The translations under genes and the position numbers were made by a program. From positions 864,001 through 928,000 of the forward strand of contig OZ244621.1 of the NCBI GenBank assembly GCA_965218425.1: a stretch of 64,000 nt of DNA, given 5' to 3'. The stretch is from an uncultured Candidatus Binatia bacterium. GTDB taxonomy: Bacteria > Desulfobacterota > Binatia > UBA9968 > CAXXLF01. The notes under the pieces are model-generated. The model was not told where the DNA came from. It did not search any database and was given only the letters and a program-made list of their open reading frames with translations. Position 1 is the first letter of the stretch. Each line of letters starts with the position of its first letter. Below are positions 9,819 to 19,633 of this stretch, piece after piece.

Positions 9819-11330
9819 ATGCACGACACCCTACACGATCATGATCACGGCGACGGGCTGCCCCAGCAGGAAGAAGAACACCCTCTCTGGAAACTAGACA
9901 CCATCACTCTCACCAGTGTCGGTATCGACATCGGCACCGCCACCTCGCAGATAATCTTCTCACGCCTGGTGCTGCGCAGGCTGGGTCGGGAGTTGTCCAG
10001 CCGTTTCGTGGTAGCGGAGCGTAAAACTCTTTACCTATCGCCCGTTCAATTCACGCCGTATACCGCCGGACGGGAGCGGATTGACGACAATGCCCTTAGG
10101 CTCCTGGTGGACACCGCATACCGGGACGCAGGGCTCAGCCCACAGGATGTGGACACCGGAGCGATCATTTTGACCGGCGAAGCGATTCGGCGCGACAACG
10201 CTCGCGCCATTGCAGACCTATTTGCGGCTCAGCAGGGGAATTTCGTCTGCGCCACCGCTGGACACAATTTCGAAGCGCTGCTGGCTGCCCATGGTTCCGG
10301 GGCGGTTGCCTACTCATCTGAGCAGCAATGCAGAGTACTCAATGTGGACATTGGCGGTGGCACCACCAAGCTGGCCATGGCTGAAAGGGGCCGCGTCCAG
10401 AGCACAGCCGCCTTTCACATAGGCAGCCGGTTACTGGCAACTGATGACGCTGGCGCCATTGCCATATTGGAGCCCGGGGGACATGCCCTGGCGCGTCAAA
10501 TCGGTTTTCAATGGCAGGTTGGGGACAGGGTCCCACTAGATCAGATTGACCGCTTAGCTGACCACATGGCCCAGGCGATCCTCACTCTCTCGCGGGAACA
10601 GAAACCCTCATCCGAACTCGAACAATTGTGGTTGACTTCACCCCTTCGGGGTTCAAAGAGCTGCGATGCAGTCATATTTTCTGGCGGAGTTGGCGAGTAC
10701 ATTTACGGAAAAGAGTCCAATTCCTTCGGTGACCTCGGCGCACACCTGGGTCAAGCCCTCCGACGTCACACCAGCAAGTCTCCGCATGCCTGGCCATTGG
10801 CCCCGGCACATGAGTGCATCCGAGCCACCGTCATGGGAGCCTCCCAATACACCGTGCAGGTAAGCGGAAATACCATCTACCGCTCCAACGAAAATCTCTT
10901 ACCCCGAAAAAACTTGCAGGTGCTACGTCCCCCGGTGGACCTGAGTCACGACATCGACGTGTCCACGGTGGCGCGTGGAATTCAGGGACATTTCCAGGCT
11001 TTTGATCTGCAGGAGGGGGTAACCGACGTCGTTCTGGTCTTCCAATGGGAGGGGGCACCTGCAGCCATCCGCATTGATGCTTTTTGTCGTGGCCTGCTGG
11101 AAGGCCTATCGGGAACATTAAAGAGTGGTGGACCCATCTATCTGGTTTTCGATCACGATCTGGCGGGGTTGGTAGGAAACATCCTAAAGGAGGAATTCGG
11201 ACTCATAAACGACATCCTCTCCATTGATGGAATCACCCTAAGGGACTTCGACTTCATCGATCTGGGCAAGATGCTAGAACCTTCGGGAACGGTGCCCGTT
11301 ACCATCAAGTCCCTGGTGTTTCAAATGTAA
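9819..11330 (+). CDS. eutA: EutA-like ASKHA ATPase (ethanolamine ammonia-lyase reactivating factor family)
   Basis: SVGIDIGTATSQ, DTGAIILTGEA, ATAG..FEA.LAAHGSGA, NVDIGGGTTK, IRATVMGA, VPVTIKSLVF. Confidence 0.85.
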   Translation: MHDTLHDHDHGDGLPQQEEEHPLWKLDTITLTSVGIDIGTATSQIIFSRLVLRRLGRELSSRFVVAERKTLYLSPVQFTPYTAGRERIDDNALRLLVDTAYRDAGLSPQDVDTGAIILTGEAIRRDNARAIADLFAAQQGNFVCATAGHNFEALLAAHGSGAVAYSSEQQCRVLNVDIGGGTTKLAMAERGRVQSTAAFHIGSRLLATDDAGAIAILEPGGHALARQIGFQWQVGDRVPLDQIDRLADHMAQAILTLSREQKPSSELEQLWLTSPLRGSKSCDAVIFSGGVGEYIYGKESNSFGDLGAHLGQALRRHTSKSPHAWPLAPAHECIRATVMGASQYTVQVSGNTIYRSNENLLPRKNLQVLRPPVDLSHDIDVSTVARGIQGHFQAFDLQEGVTDVVLVFQWEGAPAAIRIDAFCRGLLEGLSGTLKSGGPIYLVFDHDLAGLVGNILKEEFGLINDILSIDGITLRDFDFIDLGKMLEPSGTVPVTIKSLVFQM

Positions 11331-11365
11331 CTTCAATCATGAACTGGAAAGTCCCCGGCCATTTA

Positions 11366-11394
11366 TTGAACCCGAACATCAACCTGAGTATGCT
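11366..11394 (+). promoter_or_regulatory. Putative sigma70 promoter of the dienelactone hydrolase gene
   Basis: TTGAAC-17 bp-TATGCT. Confidence 0.5.
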
Positions 11395-11432
11395 AACGCC
11401 CTGAAATAAAGTATCTGAGCAGGAGGCGCACT

Positions 11433-12137
11433 ATGATCCAAGCGAAAATGGAAGAAGTTCGGTTTCCTGGCGGTGGCGGAGAGATCCAAGCATGGATCGC
11501 TCGACCAACGGAGGCAGGCCGTTATCCAGCCATCGCATTGCTGCATGGCCGCAATGGGCCCAACGACAGCTTCCGTAACGTCGCCACCCGTTTCGCAGAG
11601 GAGGGCATCGTCGGCCTTGCTGTCAACTACATGACCCTCAAGGAGGAGCCTCCCTTAGAGGAAATGAACCGAAGCACCGAAGGCGCCCTCAGCTTTCTCA
11701 AATCCCAGACCCAGGTGGACACCGGGCGCATCGCCGTGGGCGGTTACTGTAAGGGCGGTGGGCTTACCTATCAAGCATTGGCCAAAATTTCCGGTTTCTC
11801 TGCGGGGGCAATTTGGCACGGGGGTTTATCGACAGACAACATGGAGGCGGCCTTGAAGGCCCAGGCATCTATGCTCATCATTCACGGGGCCTCGGACACG
11901 TCCGTGCCCATCGACAAAGTGTACGATCTGACCAAGCAGCTCAACCAGCAAGGCAAGCGATTCGAATTGAAGGTCTACCACGGTTGTGACCACGCATTTA
12001 CCTTGCCAGGTGGTGCTCGCTACGTTGCAGAGGCAGCGGACGATGCCTTTCGGGAGGCCGTCCTGTTTTTACGGCGAACCTACGCAATACCCGTGGGAAC
12101 GGTCCATCCGCTGGTGCCCACATCCTTAGCGGCTTAG
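11433..12137 (+). CDS. Dienelactone hydrolase family protein
   Basis: GYCKGG nucleophile, HGASD, DHAF catalytic triad; RBS AGGAGG. Confidence 0.9.
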   Translation: MIQAKMEEVRFPGGGGEIQAWIARPTEAGRYPAIALLHGRNGPNDSFRNVATRFAEEGIVGLAVNYMTLKEEPPLEEMNRSTEGALSFLKSQTQVDTGRIAVGGYCKGGGLTYQALAKISGFSAGAIWHGGLSTDNMEAALKAQASMLIIHGASDTSVPIDKVYDLTKQLNQQGKRFELKVYHGCDHAFTLPGGARYVAEAADDAFREAVLFLRRTYAIPVGTVHPLVPTSLAA

Positions 12138-12249
12138 CCGTAGGCGAAGTAGAAAGAGCGCTCGTCGCAGTCGCATCGGAGGTGAAATGCCACCACCATA
12201 CGCTTCACGCCACACGTTTGAGCATGACGTGGTTAATCCCCCATGAGAA

Positions 12250-12594
12250 GTGACTGACTTCAAAAAATACAGGACGTCGACGGTGGCGCCACCTCATTTA
12301 ACCCCTTTAAACCAATACCGCCGTGACGGGCACACGATCCTTAGGAACGTTTTTAACCCCGAAGAGATCGCTTCCCTACGGCAAGAGTGTGGGGACAAGG
12401 GGCAAGTGGCCTATATCGGCCCACGTGACCTTAACGAGCCTCCTGATTTCCGAGAAGCTGTGGATCACTTGCCTCAGTTTCTAGGTTCACGCATTGTTTT
12501 GTTTGGCGATTCGAGCTGTAGAAGTGACGACAGAGTGGCGGGCTGGTCTTCACGTCATTTCCACGTGGATGCGCGGGGCGATGACTTTAATTAG
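12250..12594 (+). pseudogene. Phytanoyl-CoA dioxygenase (PhyH)-like fragment ending at the IS boundary
   Basis: YRRDGHTILRNVFNPEEIASLR start and HVD (HxD) motif; its TAG stop is the start of the IS inverted repeat. Confidence 0.55.
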
Positions 12595-13579
12595 TTCTCA
12601 CTAAAAAACTACCGTTGGTAGATGACTCTATGGCCCTGGCAATCACACCCGACTTTCATTTGTGAAAAGGTGCGGTCCTTACCACCATCTTTTACCTCTG
12701 CTGCCACAGATTGTATGCAAAAATGGCCCATCCCGTCCAGATCGCCGTGCCTGGAGCTCCCCTAGCCGGTACTCGACCTAGAGAAAACTTGCCTTTGAGC
12801 ATACCGATCCCCGCTTCTATCCCGCAGCCGACCCCTTGCATCGCCCTAAACCACTGTTTCCCCTCATGGCGGCTTTCCCTCATACTCAAGCCACCAACCT
12901 CCGGGATACCTACCCTCGCTATACCGGCCTTGCCCAACTTCCCGACGTTATCGGCGCCTTAGTATCCTCGGTCCGCTGCCACCTCCTTAGGCTTGACCCC
13001 CAGACGCTTTTCACTCTGGCTCACCACACAAAGCAGTTGAGTGCTGTCGTTGGGATAACTGATGTGAGCTTGCAGCGTGGCCGAGTCGATGCGAATGCGC
13101 CGGGCCTTGATCGATCGGCTCTTAACCAACGATCCGACCAGCTCCTGATTGAGCTTGGCCACCCGCTGTCGGCCAAATCCGTGGTTGAGCTTGATCAAGG
13201 TGGTGGCCTCCGCTACGGCATCCATGAGCGACCAATGGCAGAAATAACGCCACGGAACTCTCTCTCACTCACTTCCCTCTCAACCTCTTCGTAGCTCAAA
13301 CCCCAGCGAAACTTCAGATACATCATTCGAAGGTAAATCCCTACAGGAGTGCCACGACGACCCGGCTCTCATGGAAAACCTCCTCGAAAGGCTTAAGCAA
13401 TCGGGGATTATTCAAAAGCTTCTCAGCCTTGTTAACCTCCTCATCCAGTGCATAAAGAGAGGGGTGGATAAAGCCGTCGCCAGAACTGAACTGCTGAGAT
13501 ATGGGTGTACGCATGGTCTTATTTGTACCACGAGTCGCTAGAGATGACCCAGAAAAAATGACTTTTTCAGTGAGAACTA
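12592..13579. mobile_element. Degenerate IS (IS5/ISNCY-like) with terminal inverted repeats
   Basis: Left TAGTTCTCACTAAAAAA; right end reverse-complements to TAGTTCTCACTGAAAAA; encloses a transposase relic. Confidence 0.8.
12692..13514 (-). pseudogene. DDE transposase relic
   Basis: GRRGTP..YLRMMYLKFRWGLSYE, RIRIDSAT...ISYPNDS, AADRGY*, IEAGIGMLK...AYNL; frameshifts, an internal stop and a missing middle. Confidence 0.8.
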
Positions 13580-13916
13580 GCTAGACGAGGACTCCAACTA
13601 GTGTGGTCGTTGTGCGGATGCCAGATAGACAAGATGCGATAGGAATCATTGGATTTCCCGCCGTCTAAGAGCTTTTCCTCTATATACACCAAAACAACGT
13701 AGCCAAAGATCCTACTCTTCGGGCCATTCCAATTCAACAGGGGGACGAAAGCCGCATAGCTCCCTCAACCGCAGATTCACGCCCAATATCGCAGATTAAT
13801 GGCGGCATCATATGAGAATTCGGCGCCTTCATGTCGGCTGCCGGATTGATAGTCCAGGCATATCTCATTGTTCCGATTGCGTGAGAACATAAATACAGGC
13901 GCAAGTCCCGTCGTTC

Positions 13917-15040
13917 TCAGCACACCGCCCACCAGGGCGCGGCGAGCACGCGCTTGGTGAGCGGGAAGGTCTTCGTGCCCGCGTAAAGCAGCAACCCGCC
14001 GTCAGAGGCATCGGCGTATTCGTCGAGGAATACTTCCAGCCCCTTACCGTCGGCCGGCACCACCCGTGCCGAGGCCTTCACTTCGATGGGCAATAGTCGC
14101 TTTGGGGTCTCGATCATAAAATCTACTTCCTGCCCGACAGCGGTACGCCAATAGAGGATCTCCGGGCGGCGCGCCTGCACGTCGCGCCAGGCGAACAGAT
14201 CTGTAAGCACCAGGTTCTCAAGATGGGGCCCACGCGGACCGGTCTCGCCCGCGAGATGGAGGGCAAGCCCGGTATCGCCCCAGTAGAGTGTGGGCGCCTT
14301 GATGAGGCGACGCGTGCGGTTTACCGAGTAGGCAGGGAGCCGGATCGCCTGGTAGCTCGCCTCCATGAGGTTCATGAAGCGGTGCACCTGAGGCTGGGCA
14401 ACACCCACGTCTCTCCCGAGCTCGGTCTGATTGAGGAGGCCACCGATGCGCAGGCAGGCCGCCCGCATCAGGCGCCGGAAGTCGGCGAGATTTTCCACCG
14501 CGCGCAGGACTTGCAGGTCCCGCTCGAGATAGGTCTGCACGTAGCCCGAGAACCAGAGCGAGCGCGACCCGAGGAGCTCGCTCCAGGCGCCAGCGCACCC
14601 CAGTCCTAAGCGTTCGCGGCGTGTGAAAGGCCGGAGTGTGACATATACCGCACGCCCGGCGAGCGTCTCGCCGATGCGCTCCATCATTAGTAGGTTTGCC
14701 GACCCGGTGAGCACGAAACGGCCCGGCTTGCGCGAACGGTCCTGTCCACGGCGCGCTTGACAGCAATAAGGAGACCCCGTGAGCGCTGTACTTCGTCGAG
14801 TACGAGGGCCGCCGCGCAGGCAACCACCGTCTCGGGATCAGCTTCAGCCTACATACGCAGGTCGAAGTCATCGAACGTGAGGTAAGGGCGGTCAAGAAGC
14901 AGGGGAAGCGAGCGAACCAGCGTGGTCTTGCCGGTTTGCCGGGCGCCCATCAGGACAACTACCGGCGCAACGCATAATGCGCGCTCCACGGCCGCGCCGG
15001 CGGCGCGGGGCAGTATGGCTGTGGATGTCCTAATTTCCAT
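13917..15040 (-). pseudogene. AAA_14 ATPase + DUF4143 protein, disrupted
   Basis: GARQTGKTT Walker A, LDEVQR, FVLTGSANL, TYLERD, EVDF...IEVKAS; in-frame TAG at 14849-14851, a frameshift near 14740, and a shortened middle. Confidence 0.8.
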
Positions 15041-15497
15041 ATAAGTATGATAATCATACTTTTGCAGAATATCCAAGCGTTGTATCGACATGATCTCATG
15101 CACGGGAAGTAATTCCGCAAACGTAAAATTGACGATTGTTATACCGTGGCGGGAGTATGATGAGGGTCCAGGATTGTAGCATCACGCCTGCGGAACAAGA
15201 ATCATAGCACACGGCGCAAAGGGCAAAGCGCCAATAGCTATCAGCCATCATCTTTCAGCTCTCAGCTAGTTTCGACAACAAACTCAAGACACCAACCGCA
15301 GGTTCACGTAGACTAATGTAGACGATTATTTGTTCGCCGCAGCGGCGCAAAGCGACCGGAACACATAAATCGCATAGAGCATAACGCAACGCGCTCAGGA
15401 CTGAGTGTTGAGGACGAATATTGAGCCTGGGGTCGCATATGTAAATAAACCCCGGAATATTGCATCGGGAGGCTGAAACCACCATAATGTGCCCTAT

Positions 15498-16277
15498 ATG
15501 GAACTCGTTTGGCTCAAGGTCCCGCAATGGGAACAGAGAGAAGGATTCATTCATGGCTTTTTCGGCCGTAAGGGAGGTAAAAGCCTCGGGATCTATGCCA
15601 GTTTGAATCTCTCCGTGCGCGTCGGCGACGACATTCAGACCGTCAAGGACAACCTCTGTGATCTCAAGAAGGCGGTGGGACTTCATGACGAGAGGGTTGT
15701 GACCATGACCCAGATGCACAAAGACCATATCACTGAAGTTACGGATAAACGCACCAAAGACGCCGGCGCGGCGGATGGCATGATTACCGAACAAAAGGAA
15801 GTTTTTCTCGGGGTGCTCACGGCTGACTGCGTCCCCATCCTCATCTCCGTTCCCTCCCGCAGGTTAACTGCGGTGGTCCATGCAGGATGGCGCGGCACCT
15901 TAGCAGGCATCACACCCAAAATGGTTAATTACCTTCGGGAGCGATTCCAAGTGGCACCAGAGTCTGTGGAAGTGGCCCTGGGGCCGGCCATCGGTCCATG
16001 TTGTTACGAGGTTCAAGGCGATGTCACCGAACCCCTACTGGCAAAATGGAAGGGGCTGGCGGAGGCATCCCTCCATAAAAAGAGCGGCAGCTACTTTGCC
16101 GACTTGAAAAGCCTTAACGCCCTGCAATTCAAAGAGGCAGGGATACCACCGGACCAAGTATTTTCCATCGGCCCTTGCACCGCCTGCACCCCTGACGAAT
16201 TCTTTTCCTACCGCCGTGATGGCTATGGAGTCAAAGAAGACACTGGCCGCCAGCTCGGCTTTGCCGGTTGGCTTTGA
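15498..16277 (+). CDS. pgeF: Peptidoglycan editing factor / purine nucleoside phosphorylase PgeF (YfiH)
   Basis: SLNL, QMH, TADCVPIL, HAGWRG, GPAIGPCCYEV, CTAC..FFSYRR. Confidence 0.92.
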   Translation: MELVWLKVPQWEQREGFIHGFFGRKGGKSLGIYASLNLSVRVGDDIQTVKDNLCDLKKAVGLHDERVVTMTQMHKDHITEVTDKRTKDAGAADGMITEQKEVFLGVLTADCVPILISVPSRRLTAVVHAGWRGTLAGITPKMVNYLRERFQVAPESVEVALGPAIGPCCYEVQGDVTEPLLAKWKGLAEASLHKKSGSYFADLKSLNALQFKEAGIPPDQVFSIGPCTACTPDEFFSYRRDGYGVKEDTGRQLGFAGWL

Positions 16278-16580
16278 CATCAAGCGTCGTGTCTGGGATG
16301 GTAGATGTTGTGATCAGTCACTTGATACATCGTCTTGCAGCTTGCTTAAGAGGGCATCACCAATCAGCCCGGAGCTGGAGGGCGCGACGAGGTGAGGCCA
16401 TGAGGGAGTCCGTCGAAGCAGATGCCGCAACGGGTTTCCAGGACAAACCAAGGTATAAGGGGGATTGGCTGAAATTAGAGGCGAAATGGATGGGGGGAGA
16501 AGGGGATTGCAGGGACGTAACCTAAGCGGAGCGACCTGCGCCTCATACTATTAGCGTATCCACCTAAAGATCCAGTCTCT

Positions 16581-17432
16581 TCACTCCAGATCTTCCGTCA
16601 GGTCCCTGAGCACGATAATCTCCGGCCCTGCCTTGAGGGTTTCTTTGGATAGTCGGACTCCGTTTCCCTCCATGTTTCGCACCCGTGAAAAGTTCTGCGC
16701 GAATTGCTCTGCGTACCCCTCCCAACGGTAGTGATAAGGAATAACGATTTTGGGTTTCACCGAAGCGACGATCTTTAGCGCATCCTCGGTGGAAATCCGA
16801 TAACCTCCCTGTCCGAGGGGAACTAGAAGAACATCGATTTTACCCATCATTTTGACCTGCGTCTCGTTGAGCAAGTGACCCAAATCCCCAAGATGAGCAA
16901 CGAAAACTCCATCCATGGAGACCACAAAGACGGTATTCTTCCCTCGAAGCATGCCCATCTCGCTGTCATGGTAAGTGGGCAGCGTGAAAAATGAGACGTC
17001 GCGGATGGTCTTGTGCAAGCGGGTCCAGTTCCCATTTTCCATGCTGAGTCCGTGAAGTACGATGGGGTTCCCGCTTGCCATCCAGATAAAGCTGTGGTTT
17101 CCGCCGAAATGGCTCGTGGTCACCACGTGGGGCGAGATATCCATTGGCGGGCTTCCCCTGCCATGGGGATCCATCAGGACCTTCGTCCCGCGCGATGAGG
17201 TAAGATAAAATGCCGAATGACCCAACCACTGGATGGTCAAATTCCGCGGGCCAGATGCTGCCGGGACAACTCGAAAAGGCCAATGGCCAGCCACTTCTGA
17301 CTCGTGGCAAAAGGCACGGGCTAGCTGCGGCAGGAAAAGAACAAGAGCCGCAACAAAAAATAGACGGAAAACCCCTTTGCCCAGATAATGGGGTAAACTC
17401 TGTTTGCGATTTATGAACACGGCAACTCTCAA
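16581..17432 (-). CDS. Exported MBL-fold protein (lactamase_B_3-like)
   Basis: Signal peptide ending ARA; WLGHSAF, MDP, HLGDLGH, IPYHY; exact start uncertain. Confidence 0.75.
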   Translation of the reverse strand: MRVAVFINRKQSLPHYLGKGVFRLFFVAALVLFLPQLARAFCHESEVAGHWPFRVVPAASGPRNLTIQWLGHSAFYLTSSRGTKVLMDPHGRGSPPMDISPHVVTTSHFGGNHSFIWMASGNPIVLHGLSMENGNWTRLHKTIRDVSFFTLPTYHDSEMGMLRGKNTVFVVSMDGVFVAHLGDLGHLLNETQVKMMGKIDVLLVPLGQGGYRISTEDALKIVASVKPKIVIPYHYRWEGYAEQFAQNFSRVRNMEGNGVRLSKETLKAGPEIIVLRDLTEDLE

Positions 17433-17633
17433 CCATCGACCAAGGGCCGACAGTTCAACACTGAAAATAACTTCCAGATACTCATAGATATGATTGAGGA
17501 GACTATTTGATTTATTAAGGACAAATCAATTGCCCCAGGCTTCCCGCAACGACCATGCCGGTGCTTTGACCAGCTCTCCTTGGGGAGCGCGTCGAGCCAA
17601 GAAGGAGGGAGATCGCAAAGGAATCATAAAAAG

Positions 17634-17662
17634 TTGACATCCGAGGGCCTCTCCCGTAAACT
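17634..17662 (+). promoter_or_regulatory. Near-consensus sigma70 promoter
   Basis: TTGACA (17634-39)-17 bp-TAAACT (17657-62). Confidence 0.75.
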
Positions 17663-17693
17663 GGCCCCAGCAGAGAAAGGAGGTGGTCCAGCA

Positions 17694-17735
17694 ATGATAG
17701 ATAATTATTGTGACTGCGAGGTGCCTGAGACTTAG
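17694..17735 (+). CDS. Putative 13-aa peptide MIDNYCDCEVPET
   Basis: ATG directly after AGAAAGGAGGTGGTCCAGC; TAG at 17733-35. Confidence 0.4.
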   Translation: MIDNYCDCEVPET

Positions 17736-17811
17736 GCTCCTAGCCAGTAATCCTAAGTAACCGCTTTTGGGGTTTGTGGCTTTGGAGCCGGGAATTCCAA
17801 TCAGCACACCG

Positions 17812-17850
17812 GGCCCTGGCCGAACATAAGTTTGGCCAGGGCCTTTTTTT
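17812..17850 (+). terminator. Intrinsic terminator
   Basis: GGCCCTGGCCGAAC-ATAA-GTTTGGCCAGGGCC followed by T7. Confidence 0.9.
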
Positions 17851-17857
17851 GTCTATT

Positions 17858-18478
17858 CTATTTAGGCGAGACTTTTTTTGGGGGAATACCCAATCGTTCA
17901 AGTACAAATCCTGCAGCGTTGCGCACTCTTGAATCGGTATCGTCCGAATTGGTTCTCATCAAAACGCTTAACACGTCGCCACTTAATTGAGCATGTTTGC
18001 TCAAGGCTGTCACGGCCGCCACTCGCACCAGTGGATCTGTATCCCCAAGGCACCGAAGTTGTAAGGACGGATCTCCAACACCCAGATCGCGTAGACAGTA
18101 TACCGCCATCCTTCTCTGAACCGGGCTCTCAGAATTTAAGAGATTGCAGACGAGGGTGGGGATTCTCGGGTCATTGTTCCCCAGGCGGATGAGGAGTTGC
18201 AGAGTAGCCCACCGGATATCGGGGTCTTCGCTCCCAAGAGCCGCCGTGAGAACCTCCAGGCATGAGGAGGAAGGTTGTGTGAGCTGGCCAAGCGTATAGG
18301 CCACGGGCCAGCGTTTTTTCGACGAAACCTCCTGGAAGAGTTTGCTTAAAGACTCTCGAATTTCGGGCCTTTCATTTCCAAGGGCAACCAGAGAGTCTAC
18401 GGCCCTTCGAACCACAGCCCGATCCGAGTGAGCCAGGGACTCCATGAGGGAGGCAATATCTCTATCCGCTGGATTCAC
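17858..18478 (-). CDS. HEAT/PBS-lyase repeat protein
   Basis: Repeated units such as LGSEDPDIRWAT, LGDTDPLVRVAAV, DTDSRVRNAA. Confidence 0.8.
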   Translation of the reverse strand: MNPADRDIASLMESLAHSDRAVVRRAVDSLVALGNERPEIRESLSKLFQEVSSKKRWPVAYTLGQLTQPSSSCLEVLTAALGSEDPDIRWATLQLLIRLGNNDPRIPTLVCNLLNSESPVQRRMAVYCLRDLGVGDPSLQLRCLGDTDPLVRVAAVTALSKHAQLSGDVLSVLMRTNSDDTDSRVRNAAGFVLERLGIPPKKVSPK

Positions 18479-18489
18479 AGACCCATGGC

Positions 18490-18749
18490 CTACGTTGGAA
18501 GGGGCAGGTGAACCATGAAGGTGGAGCCTTCCCCCTCTTCGCTCTCGGCCCTAACGGTCCCCTTGTGGGGCTCAGGATGGTCCTGACGATGAAAAGCTCC
18601 AGGCCGGTACCTTCGATCCGTTCCGATAAGCCGCCGGAACCGGGAGAACAGATGGGAAAAAGGATGAGAAACGAGGTGGCAATGGCGATCATCCACTGAA
18701 GGATAATCACCGCATACTGCTTACCTGCTATCAGACGTTCAATGGCCAT
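18490..18749 (-). pseudogene. Collapsed membrane sensor histidine kinase relic
   Basis: First TM helix (IILQWMIAIATSFLILF) fused to a HATPase tail EGTGLELFIV.../HKGTVRAESEEGEGSTFMVHLP. Confidence 0.65.
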
Positions 18750-18778
18750 CAGTCTAGCGGATATCCCAGTGTCTTACT

Positions 18779-19629
18779 CTAAATGAGATGGGACCGAGCG
18801 GTCACTTTATTCGCGGCACCACGCTTGTGGTTCCTAAGGTCTCTAAGGCGAGCCGGGTAATCCGTAACCACCCCGTCCACTCCAAGTTCAATCAACTGTT
18901 CCATCTCCTCGGTCTGGTTGATGGTCCAGGCATGAACTTCAATTCCAAATTCGTGCGCGGCCTTCACGGTCGCCTCCGTGATGAGCCTTAACCCCTCATA
19001 CTCCCGAGGCACCTGAAGGGCCTCGCCCGCTGGAGTAAAGCTGTCGGATTTTTGCTCCCAAACCCAGTTCAGAAACGCGGCCGCTTCTCCGTAGGAAAAA
19101 CCGGTGGCAATGGTGAGACGCTGTTCACGGATTTGACTACGAATCTCCGTCATTATTTTGTCCTTCTCCGTAGCCAAAAGGATTGCCTCCTCTTTGCGAA
19201 ACCGTTTAATGCTCGTAACCAAGCTTTCAATGAAGACGGGGCCGGCATCCTTGATCTCGATGGTGGCTTTGACCTTGGGAAAAGTGGTAAAAAATTCCTC
19301 CAGTGTAGGAATGGTTATTTTTTTTCTCTATAAGGATAAGTCTTTCCACCATCCGGTGTAAACCGATAACCGGCGTCTAATTTCTTCAATTCTTTTAGAC
19401 TCCACTGCTGGACTTCGCCTTGCCCGTTTGTGGTTCGCTCCAGAGTCGAGTCATGGAAAATCACAATTTCTCCGTTTTTGGTCTCCCGCACGTCAATCTC
19501 AATGAAGTCCGCGCCATCGGTGAGGGCCTTTTCGAAAGAAACAAGAGTATTTTCCGGTGCCATCCCGGCGGCCCCCCGGTGCCCGATAATCCTAAACTTA
19601 ACGGCATCAAAAAAAGGAGACTTCGCCAC
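18779..19629 (-). pseudogene. Glycerophosphodiester phosphodiesterase split by a single frameshift in an A8 run
   Basis: IGHRG...PENT, EIDV, IFHD; after the T8 at 19318-25 the other frame reads ITIPTLEEF...IEIK...WTIN...GVDGVVTDYP. Confidence 0.8.
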
Positions 19630-19633
19630 TCGG

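Larger units (their letters stand above)
17669..17850 (+). ncRNA. Candidate stand-alone small RNA or small-peptide mRNA
   Basis: Bounded by the promoter and a strand-specific terminator, between two minus-strand genes; internal long hairpin GGCTCC...GGAGCC (17735-17789). Confidence 0.6.

Noticed and set aside
16268..16525. 85-aa ORF after pgeF
   Set aside because: No RBS, no recognisable motif, atypical composition
17674..17692. 16S rRNA gene fragment
   Set aside because: Match is only 19 nt, the flanks are not rRNA-like, and it lies within its own promoter-terminator unit
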